64,000 bases of DNA from the sequence record NC_070882.1; one strand, written 5' to 3'. A program made the translations under genes and the position numbers. The notes beneath the pieces were generated by a model. That model ran no database searches. It had not been told where the DNA came from and saw only the letters and a program-made list of their open reading frames with translations. How positions within the stretch are numbered: position 1 is the first letter of the stretch; each line of letters begins with the position of its first letter. Shown piece by piece: positions 20,403 to 30,317 of the stretch.

Positions 20403-21182
20403 ATGGGTACTGTACTCAAACGTGGCGACCGCGGCTCTGCTGTGGAAGATCTACAAATGAAACTTCGAGTCGCAGGATACGCAGTTAGCGCTGACGGAAT
20501 CTTCGGTGGAGATACAGAGAAAGCTGTTCGTGATTTCCAAGCTTCTAAAGCTTTGGTGGTTGACGGAAAAGTTGGACCTGCTACTCTAGCTGAACTAGCC
20601 AAATCCGCTACTGTTCCTGCTAAATGGGAAGCTATCCCTTTCCCAACAGCCAATAAATCTCGGTCGGCTGCAATGCCCACTCTGAATGCGGTTGGAGCAA
20701 TGACTGGTACCGATCCTCGGTTACTCGCTACATTCGCTTCCATTGAGTCTGCTTTTGATTACACTGTCAAAGCATCCACATCTTCGGCTACTGGTTGGTT
20801 CCAGTTCCTTGATGCTACATGGGATGACATGATCAAAGCACATGGTTCCAAATACGGGCTACCTAAAGATCCAACTAGGGCACTCCGTAAAGACCCACGT
20901 GCAAATGCATTAATGGGTGCAGAATTCCTTAAAGGAAATGCAGCTGTATTACGTCCAGTAATCAATCGCGAACCGAGTGATACAGACTTGTATTTGGCAC
21001 ATTTCCTTGGTGCTGGCGGCGCTAAGAAATTCCTATCCGCAGATCAGAAAACTCTCGGTGAAGTTCTATTCCCGAAACCTGCTAAAGCAAACCCGTCGAT
21101 CTTTAGCAATAAAGGTGTACCACGTACCCTTGCAGAGATCTACAAGCTGTTCGAAGATAAAGTTTCGAAACATCGGGCATAG
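20403..21182 (+). CDS. Modular endolysin: peptidoglycan-binding domain plus SLT lytic transglycosylase (KZ144-like)
   Basis: DGIFGGDTEKAVRDFQ / DGKVGPAT binding repeats; FASIES catalytic Glu, SATGWFQF and DLYLAHF as in phiKZ gp144. Confidence 0.95.
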   Translation: MGTVLKRGDRGSAVEDLQMKLRVAGYAVSADGIFGGDTEKAVRDFQASKALVVDGKVGPATLAELAKSATVPAKWEAIPFPTANKSRSAAMPTLNAVGAMTGTDPRLLATFASIESAFDYTVKASTSSATGWFQFLDATWDDMIKAHGSKYGLPKDPTRALRKDPRANALMGAEFLKGNAAVLRPVINREPSDTDLYLAHFLGAGGAKKFLSADQKTLGEVLFPKPAKANPSIFSNKGVPRTLAEIYKLFEDKVSKHRA

Positions 21183-21313
21183 CGTCCACCTGTTCTTTTA
21201 ACGGTGGTAACACTTAGAAAAGGATTTTGTTAACCTGATACTTCCCCAGGTTTGAAGGTGGTATTATCAGGTTAAAAGAATATGTGCAACGCAGCCAATC
21301 CTGAAGGACATCT

Positions 21314-22333
21314 ATGATGGCTGAAGAAAAGAAAAAGGTTTCTGAACTCGATTTTCTGTCTGGTCTAACCGGACAGGAATTCGTAGAGGTTGTTGCTCGC
21401 GATACAGAAGGTTCTTATAAGAACTATCGTGTACTCGCAGATAAATTACGTGTAGGCGCTTCTGCTTTTGATGGCGCTGTCAAAGCTGGTTTTGTCGGTA
21501 CTGAAGAAGAATGGTTAGAAACACTCGTTGGAAAATCTGCGTATCAAATCGCAGTTGATCAGGGTTATGAAGGCACTGAAGAACAATGGGTTTCTGCAAC
21601 CAATCCTCTATTTGAGATCCTTCCAGAAAATGCTGGTATGGTACTCACTGTAAATGAACTAGGTCTTCCAGAGTGGAAAGTAATTGACCTTTCGTTTGCA
21701 AACTTAGATAAGGTCGATAATACAGCAGATGCTGATAAACCTATTTCTCGTCAGCAGAAGAAAGAACTTGATCGAAAGCTTTACATCAAAGATGCACCGA
21801 GTGCGGTTATGTCCACTCTACAACAAATCGGTGTAGTTGTTTCTGAAGATGGTAAAGAAGTATCGTTCGACGAAGGGCGTGCCACAGAAGTCAGTGAACT
21901 GCTTCTACAACATCGTCGCGGCTCTGCTCTAGAAGCGGCAGCTTGGACAGGCAAAGAAGGAACGTTCTTTGTAGATCTTGAGAATAAGAAGCTTTATGTT
22001 CACGATGGCGTTACTGTCGGTGGTGCTCAGATCGGTGGTCTAACTGCCGCTGAAGTACAAGTCATCATCGATGCAGGTATTGCTATCGATAAAGTTACTG
22101 GACTGGTTGATGCTCTTGCTAAGAAAGCAGATCTCGATGAGGACGGTAAACTGAAAATAGAACAGCTTCCTGAACTGGATATTCCGACTAAGGTTGATGA
22201 AGCTGCTGTCATTGCTGGTGAGGATGATACAGGCTTTGCTACTGCTAAAGGTATTCATGCACTTCTGGACGCCATTGGTTTTACCAAAGACGAAAATGGT
22301 TCTTGGAAACTCGATCCAGCCGTTGTGGCGTAA
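21314..22333 (+). CDS. Fibre-like virion protein with Mtd-N-like domain (339 aa; gp145-like)
   Basis: KSAYQxA..G..GTEEEW repeats; QHRRGS...TGKEG...VDLENKKLYVHDGVTVGG matches the Mtd/hyaluronidase N-terminal pattern; VTGLVDALAKKAD repeat. Confidence 0.65.
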   Translation: MMAEEKKKVSELDFLSGLTGQEFVEVVARDTEGSYKNYRVLADKLRVGASAFDGAVKAGFVGTEEEWLETLVGKSAYQIAVDQGYEGTEEQWVSATNPLFEILPENAGMVLTVNELGLPEWKVIDLSFANLDKVDNTADADKPISRQQKKELDRKLYIKDAPSAVMSTLQQIGVVVSEDGKEVSFDEGRATEVSELLLQHRRGSALEAAAWTGKEGTFFVDLENKKLYVHDGVTVGGAQIGGLTAAEVQVIIDAGIAIDKVTGLVDALAKKADLDEDGKLKIEQLPELDIPTKVDEAAVIAGEDDTGFATAKGIHALLDAIGFTKDENGSWKLDPAVVA

Positions 22334-22375
22334 ATAAAATAGTCGCAACTCCAGATAGATGCTCTCCTGAAAAGG

Positions 22376-22407
22376 CATACTGGAGTCCCCTTTGGGACTC
22401 CTATATG
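22376..22407. terminator. CATA..TATG hairpin element
   Basis: CATA-CT-GGAGTCCC-CTTT-GGGACTCC-TA-TATG. Confidence 0.75.
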
Positions 22408-22500
22408 TTGCTAAAATAATACACTACTCTATGAGTCTTATTTTCCTTTTAAGACGTGCACGAGTAGTTGCGAAGACTCTCTCCAACAAAGGAATACGTA

Positions 22501-24681
22501 ATGGCCATTAAATCCAGTCCGGGTATGATCTCCGGAATGCAGCCTCTTAACACCATCACAGGTGAAGAGTTTGTAGAAGTTATCCGTCTTGAGGCAGATG
22601 GTTCTTATAAGAACTTCCGTCTCATGGTTTCTAAAATCCGTAACAATGAAGGCCTATCGGCTTATGAAGTTGCGGTAAAGAATGGTTTCGTAGGCACTGA
22701 AACTGAGTGGCTCGAAAGTCTAAAAGGTCAAGGTATTTATCAGCTGGCTCTTCAACAGGGCTTCGTAGGTACTGAAGACGAATTCCTCGCCTCTCTTAAA
22801 GGCGAAGACGGCGCAGATGGCGCTGTAGGTAAATCCATCTATGAAGTTGCCGTAGATAACGGCTTCACTGGCACTGAACAAGAATTCCTTGCAACTCTCG
22901 TCGGTAAGTCTGCCTATCAATCCGCTCTTGATACTGGTTTTACCGGTACCGAGGCCGAGTTCATCCAGTCCCTAAAAGGTGACAAAGGCGATGCCGGCGA
23001 GAAAGGTGATAAGGGCGATAAAGGCGACCAGGGTGATCAAGGTAAGTCCGCATACGAATCCGCTGTTGATGGTGGATACGTCGGTACTGAAGAAGAATTT
23101 AACCTGTCGCTTGCCGAACCGAAAGGTGTAAATGGTGGCGTATTCATCACTGATATCACTCCGGTTAATGCCGCTGATAACGTCGGTGAGAAGGTTAAGT
23201 CCGCGGATAGTTTCTCTCTGGTGCAATGTTCTTCGTCTACTCGTGACGTTAAAGTTAAAGTGGCTGCTATTACCGGTCATACTAACTATCGTCCTGTCGT
23301 TAAAGTTAACGGCGTAGATGTATCTCTCGTCGCTGGTGCAAATGCCCCGATGTGGACCGGTGAAGTAACTATTAATCTGCCTGAGCCGGTTGGTAGTGAT
23401 CCCATTAAGGTCGAAGCTGTTCACGAAGATGGTGCTAAGGCATCTACTGATGTAATCATGGATACCGCGCCGGTTGTAACTGCGGCTACATTTACAGGTG
23501 AATATCCTGGTTCTCAAACCGAGCTGAAAGCAGGCGACACAATGTCGATCACTTTCACCACTGACCAAGATGTGGTAGGTTATGAGATTCGTGATGAAGG
23601 TGCATTCGTAGCACGCAATGGTACACTGACTGCTGGTAAGACTCACAGTCTGACTGGTCTGGTTATTGCTGACCGTGGTAACACTGCTACTAACCAACCG
23701 TTCAGTATCCGCGTTAAGAAAGCCTCCGGTAGTTTCTCCGCGTGGTATAAGTCCGACGTAGCTGGTACTACTGAGAAAGTCAACGTTGTCAAGCTGAACA
23801 ACCTGAAACCGACGATTACATTCGGTGCTGTAACTTATCCGGCTGGTCAAACTGCCATTAAAGCTGGTGAAGATGCAACCGTTGCTAACACTGTAACTAA
23901 CGCTACTAGCGCTACTTACACCTCGGCTAATGGTCAGCTGACTGTAACTAACCCGACTCAGATTGAAGCAAACAAAACTGTTTCTTACCTGACTGGTAAT
24001 TACAACGACCTGACTAATAACCTGACAATCACTGCACAACGTGCTGCTAACGGTAGTTCGTCTACTGCATCGACAATCGTTAAGATTGCTAACGGTGCCC
24101 CTGAACTGACTGTTACCACTCCTGCCACTCGTCTGCGCTCTGGTGGTAATGCAGGTACTGTTGTACAGCGTCACACCATCACTATCACTTCGACTCAATC
24201 GCTGGCTGAAGCCCCTGTGATGACTGCTCCTGGCGGTAACTGGGATTCTGCTGGTTGGGTGGGTGATGCAGCTAAGAAAGTATGGACACGCACACTGCTC
24301 GTTCATGATGATGATGCTAAAGGTATCTTCAACTTTACCGATGTTGTAGCCAAAGGTCTGGCTGGCGTTACAGTCAATACCCTTAAAGCTGGTGGCGAGT
24401 ATACCCTTGGTGGCTTCGTTCTTCGTACCATGTCTATCGCTGCTTTCCCGAATCGTGAAGGTGCTATTGGTACAGATGTAGTTATGACTGGTAAACTTCG
24501 CTGCACTAACCTGTCTAAGGGTGCTAGCGGTTCTCTTAACTTCACCTATAAAGCTGACGATGCTGATGCTGTAAATACTTACACCATCAAGAATAGCAAT
24601 AGTTGGTATAACTGCGACGCAGCTAACGCTGTATCTAACACATCCGGTCTGATGCGCGTCGAACTTGAGGAAGTTGTATAA
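22501..24681 (+). CDS. Collagen-containing fibre/appendage protein with Ig-like C-terminal domains (about 726 aa; gp146-like)
   Basis: AAGGA RBS before ATG 22501; five SAY..GFxGTExE repeats; (GDK)n tract; Thr/Ala/Val-rich beta-sandwich C-terminal half. Confidence 0.7.
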   Translation: MAIKSSPGMISGMQPLNTITGEEFVEVIRLEADGSYKNFRLMVSKIRNNEGLSAYEVAVKNGFVGTETEWLESLKGQGIYQLALQQGFVGTEDEFLASLKGEDGADGAVGKSIYEVAVDNGFTGTEQEFLATLVGKSAYQSALDTGFTGTEAEFIQSLKGDKGDAGEKGDKGDKGDQGDQGKSAYESAVDGGYVGTEEEFNLSLAEPKGVNGGVFITDITPVNAADNVGEKVKSADSFSLVQCSSSTRDVKVKVAAITGHTNYRPVVKVNGVDVSLVAGANAPMWTGEVTINLPEPVGSDPIKVEAVHEDGAKASTDVIMDTAPVVTAATFTGEYPGSQTELKAGDTMSITFTTDQDVVGYEIRDEGAFVARNGTLTAGKTHSLTGLVIADRGNTATNQPFSIRVKKASGSFSAWYKSDVAGTTEKVNVVKLNNLKPTITFGAVTYPAGQTAIKAGEDATVANTVTNATSATYTSANGQLTVTNPTQIEANKTVSYLTGNYNDLTNNLTITAQRAANGSSSTASTIVKIANGAPELTVTTPATRLRSGGNAGTVVQRHTITITSTQSLAEAPVMTAPGGNWDSAGWVGDAAKKVWTRTLLVHDDDAKGIFNFTDVVAKGLAGVTVNTLKAGGEYTLGGFVLRTMSIAAFPNREGAIGTDVVMTGKLRCTNLSKGASGSLNFTYKADDADAVNTYTIKNSNSWYNCDAANAVSNTSGLMRVELEEVV

Positions 24682-27600
24682 TGGCTGGTGAATCCGCATT
24701 TGAAGTTTTCGTTAACGGTGAGTTACCAAAACGTATCTCCACCGAAGACAATCCTCTTGAGGTAGTTGCAGGCAAGATCCCGGTTTCGACCGGGGCTGGC
24801 CTGGCTACAACTTTCAAAGACCCGACCGAAATCGAGGGAATGAAAGGTGAGGATGGCGCGGATGGTAAATCCGCTTATCAGCTGGCACTCGATGCTGGCT
24901 TTATTGGTACTGAAGCCGAGTGGCTCGAATCGCTGAAAGGCGAAGACGGAGCTAAAGGTGATACTGGTCTGCAAGGTAATCCTGGTGAACCGGGTCCCGT
25001 TACCAATATCAAAGGTACCGTAACTCTTGACGATTTCGAAACCAACATTGCTCCCATCGATAGTTGGGAATTTGGTGATGCTTGGTTCGTTCGTTCTTCC
25101 ACTGCTACTGTACTGAAAGTATGGTCTGCCCCAGAAACCGGTTCGCCGGATGCTGGCCAGTGGATCGACTCCGGTGACATGCGTGGTCCGGAAGGTACTG
25201 GTCTTGTTATTCGTGGTCAATGGCCTGATAACCAAGAACTTCCGCCCTTGGCTGCCAAAGGCGATACCTACGGTTGGAAAAATGCTCTTTACACTTTCAT
25301 GCTTGTAGCTGGTGAAGAAGATATCTTCCCTGACAACTATGCATACATCCAGATCGTGCCGATGGGTCCTGAGGGTCCTAAAGGTGATACTGGTGCCAAA
25401 GGTGATAAAGGCGACCGGGGTCTGAAAGGTGACACTGGTGCACCTGGTAAGGACGCTACTCCGTTCACTATTAAAGCCGACTTAGCTTCCGAAGATGATC
25501 TGCCTCTGGCTGGCGATGCCAAGCCTGAAGAAGCATATTCGGTTATGGTTGACGATGTACGCCATCTATTCGTCTTCTCCGTCGATGAAAACCGCTGGAT
25601 GGATCTCGGTACTTGGCAGGGCCCGAAAGGTGAACCTGGTCAAGACGGTATCATCGGTGGCGACGGCCCGAAAGGGGACAAAGGCGATAAGGGTGATAAA
25701 GGCGATCCTGGTCAAGATGGTATCGATGGTCAAGACGGTGCTCCTGGTGAAAACCTGGAAATCCTCGGTACGTATCCGACCATGGCAGATCTTCTGGCCG
25801 CAGGTGCTACTCTTGTCATCAAGAAAGCTTACGCTGTTCGCGATGTTAACACCCTCTTCTACGTAGCTACTACTCCTGTTACCTCTGAAGGCGACCTGAT
25901 TAACCTAGGTCAATTCAAAGGTGAGAAGGGCGACAAAGGAGATAAAGGTGACAAAGGGGATACCGGTGCAAAAGGCGATAAGGGTGACACCGGTGACGGT
26001 GGTAAGAACCTGGTTGTCTCCGGTGTTCTTCCTGACCTTGCTGCCATTCAAGCCGTACCTGATCCGCAAGAACAGGAAGCTTGGGTAGCTGCCGATAACC
26101 GCCACCTCTACATGTTCATTGATGGAGCATGGGTTGACCTTGGTACTCATACTGGCGCCAAAGGCGATAAAGGGGACAAGGGCGATAAGGGTGATACTGG
26201 CGCCAAGGGTGACACTGGTGATAAAGGCGACAAAGGTGATCAGGGTGAAAACTTTGAAATCATCGCTGTTGTTGACACTGTAGGTGAAGTTCCTCCGGCC
26301 ACTGCCGACAACAAAGGTAAAGCCGTTGTTGTTAAAGGCGGCGATGTTTATGTAAACATTAGTGGTACTCAGTTCGTATCTGTTGGTCCCATTGGCCAGA
26401 AAGGTGAACAGGGTGATCGTGGCGCCTCGATGCGCATCGTTGGTGAAGTAGGTTCTGTTGAAGCTCTACCTGAACTGGTAGCCGGTGAAACTGATCCCGC
26501 TGATGGCGAGGCGTACATTGTTACCGTTATCCAGGGTGATGACACCATTAAGGTAATCTACGTAGCTAACCGCTCTACGAATACCTACGATGGTCCGTTC
26601 AATATCCAGGGTCCGCAAGGTAACGATGGTCCGCAGGGTGAAGTAGGTCCTCGCGGTGAAATCGGCCAAGGTATCAAAATTGTTGGCGACTATCCGTCTG
26701 AAGCTGCTCTTACAGCTGCTCATCCGACTAGTGCTATTGGTGATGCATATTCGGTTGGTCCTGAAAACAGTAAAGAACTGTTTGTTTGGGCTGTCGATGG
26801 TGCTGATGATACTGAGAAGTATCTGAACCTGGGTAGCTTCACCGTTGGCGCCAAAGGCGAGAAAGGTGATAAGGGTGACCAAGGTATTGTTGGTCCTCGC
26901 GGTATTCAAGGTGCAAAAGGTGATAAAGGTTCTCGTTGGGTAATTCTACCGAACGGTGTCGATATCCCGAATAACACTATTGGTACTCAAGATGACTGGT
27001 GCCTTGATAAGTCTGGTAAAGTTTGGTATCGTGACGCAACTGGCTGGAAAGAATTCATCCAACTTCTGGATGTTCCTGTAGCCGAAGTAGAAACTGCCGA
27101 TCAGAACAAGAAGATGGTTCGCTATCAACTTGGCTGGGCACCTCTACTGGTCGATGAAGTGGAAACCCCTGAAGAAGGTGAACAGTATATCCGTAAGGGT
27201 AAAGCTGATGGCACCACCGAATGGGCTCCGCTTGAAGTAGATGCTGTACCAGACGTTCCTACTCCCAACATTACTCTTGCAATGGTTCGTAAGGACGGTG
27301 AGTGGAAACAAGGTGCACCTATTGTCATTGCCAACGATGTTGATAAGCATTACGTTCTGAAGGGTAAGGCTAGCTGGGTCGAAACCGATGTCTTTAAAGA
27401 CGCGGCTAGCGATGGTAAGTCTTATGCTCGTAAGGATGGTGCTTGGGCTGCGGTAGTACCTGAAACTACCAATGATGATAAACTGTACGCTCGTAAAACT
27501 ACTGTTGCTGGCGTGTCCAGCTGGGTAGAGGTACCGGCTGCAATTATCGCATCGGATGCTCCGGATGCCAAGAACTACACTCGTTCTAACGGTGAGTGGA

Positions 27601-28004
27601 AAGAACTGGTAACCATTCCGGAACCAGGTATCGATGCTACTAAAGTTTGGGGTCGTCAGACAACTGCTGCTGGTACATCGGCGTGGGTAGAGATCAAGAA
27701 AGAATTTGATACCTACTCCCTGCTATCTGGTGCTGCTCCTGCTGGTAACTTCACCATCACTCCGGCTAACCAACAGTGCTATACTGTTCCATCTACTGCT
27801 GCTCGTACTATCACTCTAGGTGATGGTCCGTCTGGCCGAATGATTACAGCTGTACTGGTTCTAACTGGTACGGTCATTCCGACCTTCAGCGGTAACTTCA
27901 AATGGAATGATAACACGGCTCCTGAAGCTGCTGCAACCAAGACTGTCATCACCCTTCTGTGGGATGGTAGTGAATGGCTCGGCGCTAAAGGTGCTGGCTA
28001 CTAA
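24681..28004 (+). CDS. Large collagen-like fibre protein (1107 aa)
   Basis: Gly-X-Y blocks separated by about 8 related globular knobs; D-G-K-x-Y-A-R-K-D-G-x-W repeats; C-terminal lectin-like fibre tip. Confidence 0.8.
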   Translation: MAGESAFEVFVNGELPKRISTEDNPLEVVAGKIPVSTGAGLATTFKDPTEIEGMKGEDGADGKSAYQLALDAGFIGTEAEWLESLKGEDGAKGDTGLQGNPGEPGPVTNIKGTVTLDDFETNIAPIDSWEFGDAWFVRSSTATVLKVWSAPETGSPDAGQWIDSGDMRGPEGTGLVIRGQWPDNQELPPLAAKGDTYGWKNALYTFMLVAGEEDIFPDNYAYIQIVPMGPEGPKGDTGAKGDKGDRGLKGDTGAPGKDATPFTIKADLASEDDLPLAGDAKPEEAYSVMVDDVRHLFVFSVDENRWMDLGTWQGPKGEPGQDGIIGGDGPKGDKGDKGDKGDPGQDGIDGQDGAPGENLEILGTYPTMADLLAAGATLVIKKAYAVRDVNTLFYVATTPVTSEGDLINLGQFKGEKGDKGDKGDKGDTGAKGDKGDTGDGGKNLVVSGVLPDLAAIQAVPDPQEQEAWVAADNRHLYMFIDGAWVDLGTHTGAKGDKGDKGDKGDTGAKGDTGDKGDKGDQGENFEIIAVVDTVGEVPPATADNKGKAVVVKGGDVYVNISGTQFVSVGPIGQKGEQGDRGASMRIVGEVGSVEALPELVAGETDPADGEAYIVTVIQGDDTIKVIYVANRSTNTYDGPFNIQGPQGNDGPQGEVGPRGEIGQGIKIVGDYPSEAALTAAHPTSAIGDAYSVGPENSKELFVWAVDGADDTEKYLNLGSFTVGAKGEKGDKGDQGIVGPRGIQGAKGDKGSRWVILPNGVDIPNNTIGTQDDWCLDKSGKVWYRDATGWKEFIQLLDVPVAEVETADQNKKMVRYQLGWAPLLVDEVETPEEGEQYIRKGKADGTTEWAPLEVDAVPDVPTPNITLAMVRKDGEWKQGAPIVIANDVDKHYVLKGKASWVETDVFKDAASDGKSYARKDGAWAAVVPETTNDDKLYARKTTVAGVSSWVEVPAAIIASDAPDAKNYTRSNGEWKELVTIPEPGIDATKVWGRQTTAAGTSAWVEIKKEFDTYSLLSGAAPAGNFTITPANQQCYTVPSTAARTITLGDGPSGRMITAVLVLTGTVIPTFSGNFKWNDNTAPEAAATKTVITLLWDGSEWLGAKGAGY

Positions 28005-28013
28005 TAATAGCGG

Positions 28014-28045
28014 CATAAAGCCCAGGGTTAACCCTGGGCTTTTAT
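28014..28045. terminator. Perfect 32-bp palindromic CATA..TATG element between convergent genes
   Basis: CATAAAGCCCAGGGTTAACCCTGGGCTTTATG; the stop codon of 28028..28789 lies in the loop. Confidence 0.8.
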
Positions 28046-28789
28046 GTCGTCTTTATCAACTTCGATACCGTTATCTCCAGGACGAATCATGGAGAAATAT
28101 TTAGCATCTATAAATTCAAAGTCCATGTGAATCAGCCGCTCGACCCTGAACTTAAATAGTTCAAACTTCTTCTCCTCGATAGTGAGTTTACTAACGTCAC
28201 GTTCGAAGAGTTTAGGTCCAATAAAATTGAAGCATGGCATTTGAACTTTAGACAAAGCAAGATAATGAGTGTGCATCCATTCATGGAAATCGTAAGTGAT
28301 ATACATCGCATAGAGAGCATCCAAGAATTTAGGTGTGAGCTCTTCTAATGGATGACTAACTACTTCCACGGGCATTTCTTCGCCGTATATTTCTTGGATG
28401 ATATTTTCAAGATCATCGATAACTTCACCAGGTAACGTGTAAGGCCAGATATTGATCGTAAGACCAATCTCGTCTTCAGGATTACCCATGTTATCCATTC
28501 TGTTTACATGATCTTCCGCGAGAATTCGCATCAAGAACGGACTGATACCTGTTAGGATAGAAGCATTGATAGTATCAGCGGAATTATCTCCGCCTCTATT
28601 AGCATACGCTTCTTTGAATTGCTCCGTTGTAACAAGACCACCTGTTAGAGTGGTCCAGTCATCATTTTCACGAAGCCAATATTCCTTAGTGGAAACCAAC
28701 CGTTCTGCTGCCTCCTTGTTAATTGTAGACATGACTCCAAGACGGGTGTCAAGTAATACATCAAGAGGTATCAGAATACGTTTGATCAT
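28028..28789 (-). CDS. Conserved jumbo-phage hypothetical protein (253 aa), degenerate HAD-like N-terminus
   Basis: ILIPLDVLLDTRLG start motif; synteny (gp147-like). Confidence 0.55.
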   Translation of the reverse strand: MIKRILIPLDVLLDTRLGVMSTINKEAAERLVSTKEYWLRENDDWTTLTGGLVTTEQFKEAYANRGGDNSADTINASILTGISPFLMRILAEDHVNRMDNMGNPEDEIGLTINIWPYTLPGEVIDDLENIIQEIYGEEMPVEVVSHPLEELTPKFLDALYAMYITYDFHEWMHTHYLALSKVQMPCFNFIGPKLFERDVSKLTIEEKKFELFKFRVERLIHMDFEFIDAKYFSMIRPGDNGIEVDKDDIKAQG

Positions 28790-29262
28790 TTCATTTTCGC
28801 CTGTGCAATAATGTTATTTACATGGCGAAGTTGCGTAGATGCATATACAAGGAAGAACAACCAGTGATTTTGCTGTAGCGTACCATAGAGTTCATCTACA
28901 TTAGCTGCTTTACCCAGTAACTCCCTATCGACCATTGCCGAATCAGGTGTGAATGGAACCAAGCGTCTAGTGAGATACTCAATTGCTACATCAATGTTTT
29001 CAATTTCTAAAGTGAATGTAGTGGTGGTAGACAGAAGAGCACCCAATACATCCTGCTTAGAACGGATACCTGACCAAATCTGATTAATGATAACTCTATC
29101 ATTAAAACTAGAAATCATCATATTGTTTCTAAGTTCGTTAATATGCTCTAGAATTTGAGCAATAACGAGATCATCATCAACAGATACCAATTCACTAATT
29201 GCAACACCTAATGCATTCTGCAATACTTCGCTAATACCTTCTTCCGCATTCTTAATAGCCAT
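28786..29262 (-). CDS. Hypothetical protein (158 aa)
   Basis: ORF coupled to both neighbours by 2-4 nt gap or overlap. Confidence 0.7.
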   Translation of the reverse strand: MAIKNAEEGISEVLQNALGVAISELVSVDDDLVIAQILEHINELRNNMMISSFNDRVIINQIWSGIRSKQDVLGALLSTTTTFTLEIENIDVAIEYLTRRLVPFTPDSAMVDRELLGKAANVDELYGTLQQNHWLFFLVYASTQLRHVNNIIAQAKMK

Positions 29263-29264
29263 GA

Positions 29265-29939
29265 TTACCCCACTAGGTTATTCTGTAAATGCATGGCCTT
29301 CAAATAGACGGACATGGTTTTGTTAGATTTAACTTGAGAAGGCGTCTCGGCCATAATGGAATCGAGAGAAGCTTCACCTGTTTCAATGATGGATCGATTC
29401 ATAGCGTTATATGCCTTTTCATCACCACCACGAAACTTAATCAGTTCGAGAACCATGTTGTTAAGACCTTTAGAGGCGTTAACCTGAATCTCAGGGGCAG
29501 ATAGACGTGCACCTTTACTATCACCAGTTGCCTGTCCAGAACGCTCGTCAACAACAGTATTAGAACCTGGGATAGAAGCTTTCTTAGCTAGCATCTGAAC
29601 CTGCCGACGAAGCGGAACCATACCAACTAGGTGTTTATTCTGAGTCTTATAAACTTGACCAGTGCCCGGATCAGTTAAGATAAGGTGTTGGAATAGTTCA
29701 AAACCAAGAGCATCAGCTACTTTATAATTCTGAGCGATACTTAGAGTTGGTTCTTCTAAGTTAGGAGCGTAGAGAGCCAGCACTTCACCTGCCTCTAGAC
29801 GTTCCATCCATTCAAAAAACTCTTCGTCAGAATAACGGTCAAAAAGTTCTTGATAGATTTTAACGTTCTCGCTTCCTGGTCGGAACATGTCGATGAAGTA
29901 TAGAATTTCTTTTTCAAGGACTTTACGATCGGGTTTCAT
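29265..29939 (-). CDS. Virion RNA polymerase beta subunit, C-terminal piece (gp149-like)
   Basis: SGQATGDSKGARLSAPE aligns with the RpoB QPLGGKA..GGQRFGEME motif; ELIKFRGGD matches the E.LT.KSDD region. Confidence 0.8.
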   Translation of the reverse strand: MKPDRKVLEKEILYFIDMFRPGSENVKIYQELFDRYSDEEFFEWMERLEAGEVLALYAPNLEEPTLSIAQNYKVADALGFELFQHLILTDPGTGQVYKTQNKHLVGMVPLRRQVQMLAKKASIPGSNTVVDERSGQATGDSKGARLSAPEIQVNASKGLNNMVLELIKFRGGDEKAYNAMNRSIIETGEASLDSIMAETPSQVKSNKTMSVYLKAMHLQNNLVG

Positions 29940-29974
29940 AGTTACCTCTACAAATCAAATGAGCATACGATTAC

Positions 29975-30295
29975 TCAGATTGATTTAGACTCGCAGTGAT
30001 ACATTGGCTGTGCAGCAGCGTCTGTACATGGAGGTAACCGCTTTTTACGGAACAGCGGAATGAAATTAGCAGCGAAGTTACGCCACCATGCTTCAAAATC
30101 ATTCACTTCATTTAGGGTACAACGTAATTCCAGGGTGTTGATTTTGTATTGAGCCAACAACAGATGGAAGAATTGATTAAGAGTTGCAAGATCCTTGATT
30201 TCGGGCATGCGTCTATACAGATCTTCAGCAACCTCTACATCAAGAGCACGGGTACGCTGAAAAATAACAGCGCGATAATCGATGGTATTAGACAT
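29975..30295 (-). CDS. Hypothetical protein (106 aa)
   Basis: AGGA RBS; in operon. Confidence 0.7.
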   Translation of the reverse strand: MSNTIDYRAVIFQRTRALDVEVAEDLYRRMPEIKDLATLNQFFHLLLAQYKINTLELRCTLNEVNDFEAWWRNFAANFIPLFRKKRLPPCTDAAAQPMYHCESKSI

Positions 30296-30317
30296 AATTT
30301 GTTTCCTGATCGGGTAA

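Noticed and set aside
21314-22333. Diversity-generating retroelement suggested by the Mtd-like domain
   Set aside because: No reverse transcriptase, no near-identical template/variable repeat pair differing at adenines, and no C-type lectin tip in the window
22972-24699. 575-aa minus-strand ORF
   Set aside because: In-register shadow of the collagen/Ig fibre gene; it stops exactly opposite a CTA codon
25369-26240. GGTGACAAAGGCGATAAG-type tandem DNA repeats as VNTR or phase-variation tract
   Set aside because: They simply encode Gly-Asp-Lys collagen triplets, and synonymous positions vary
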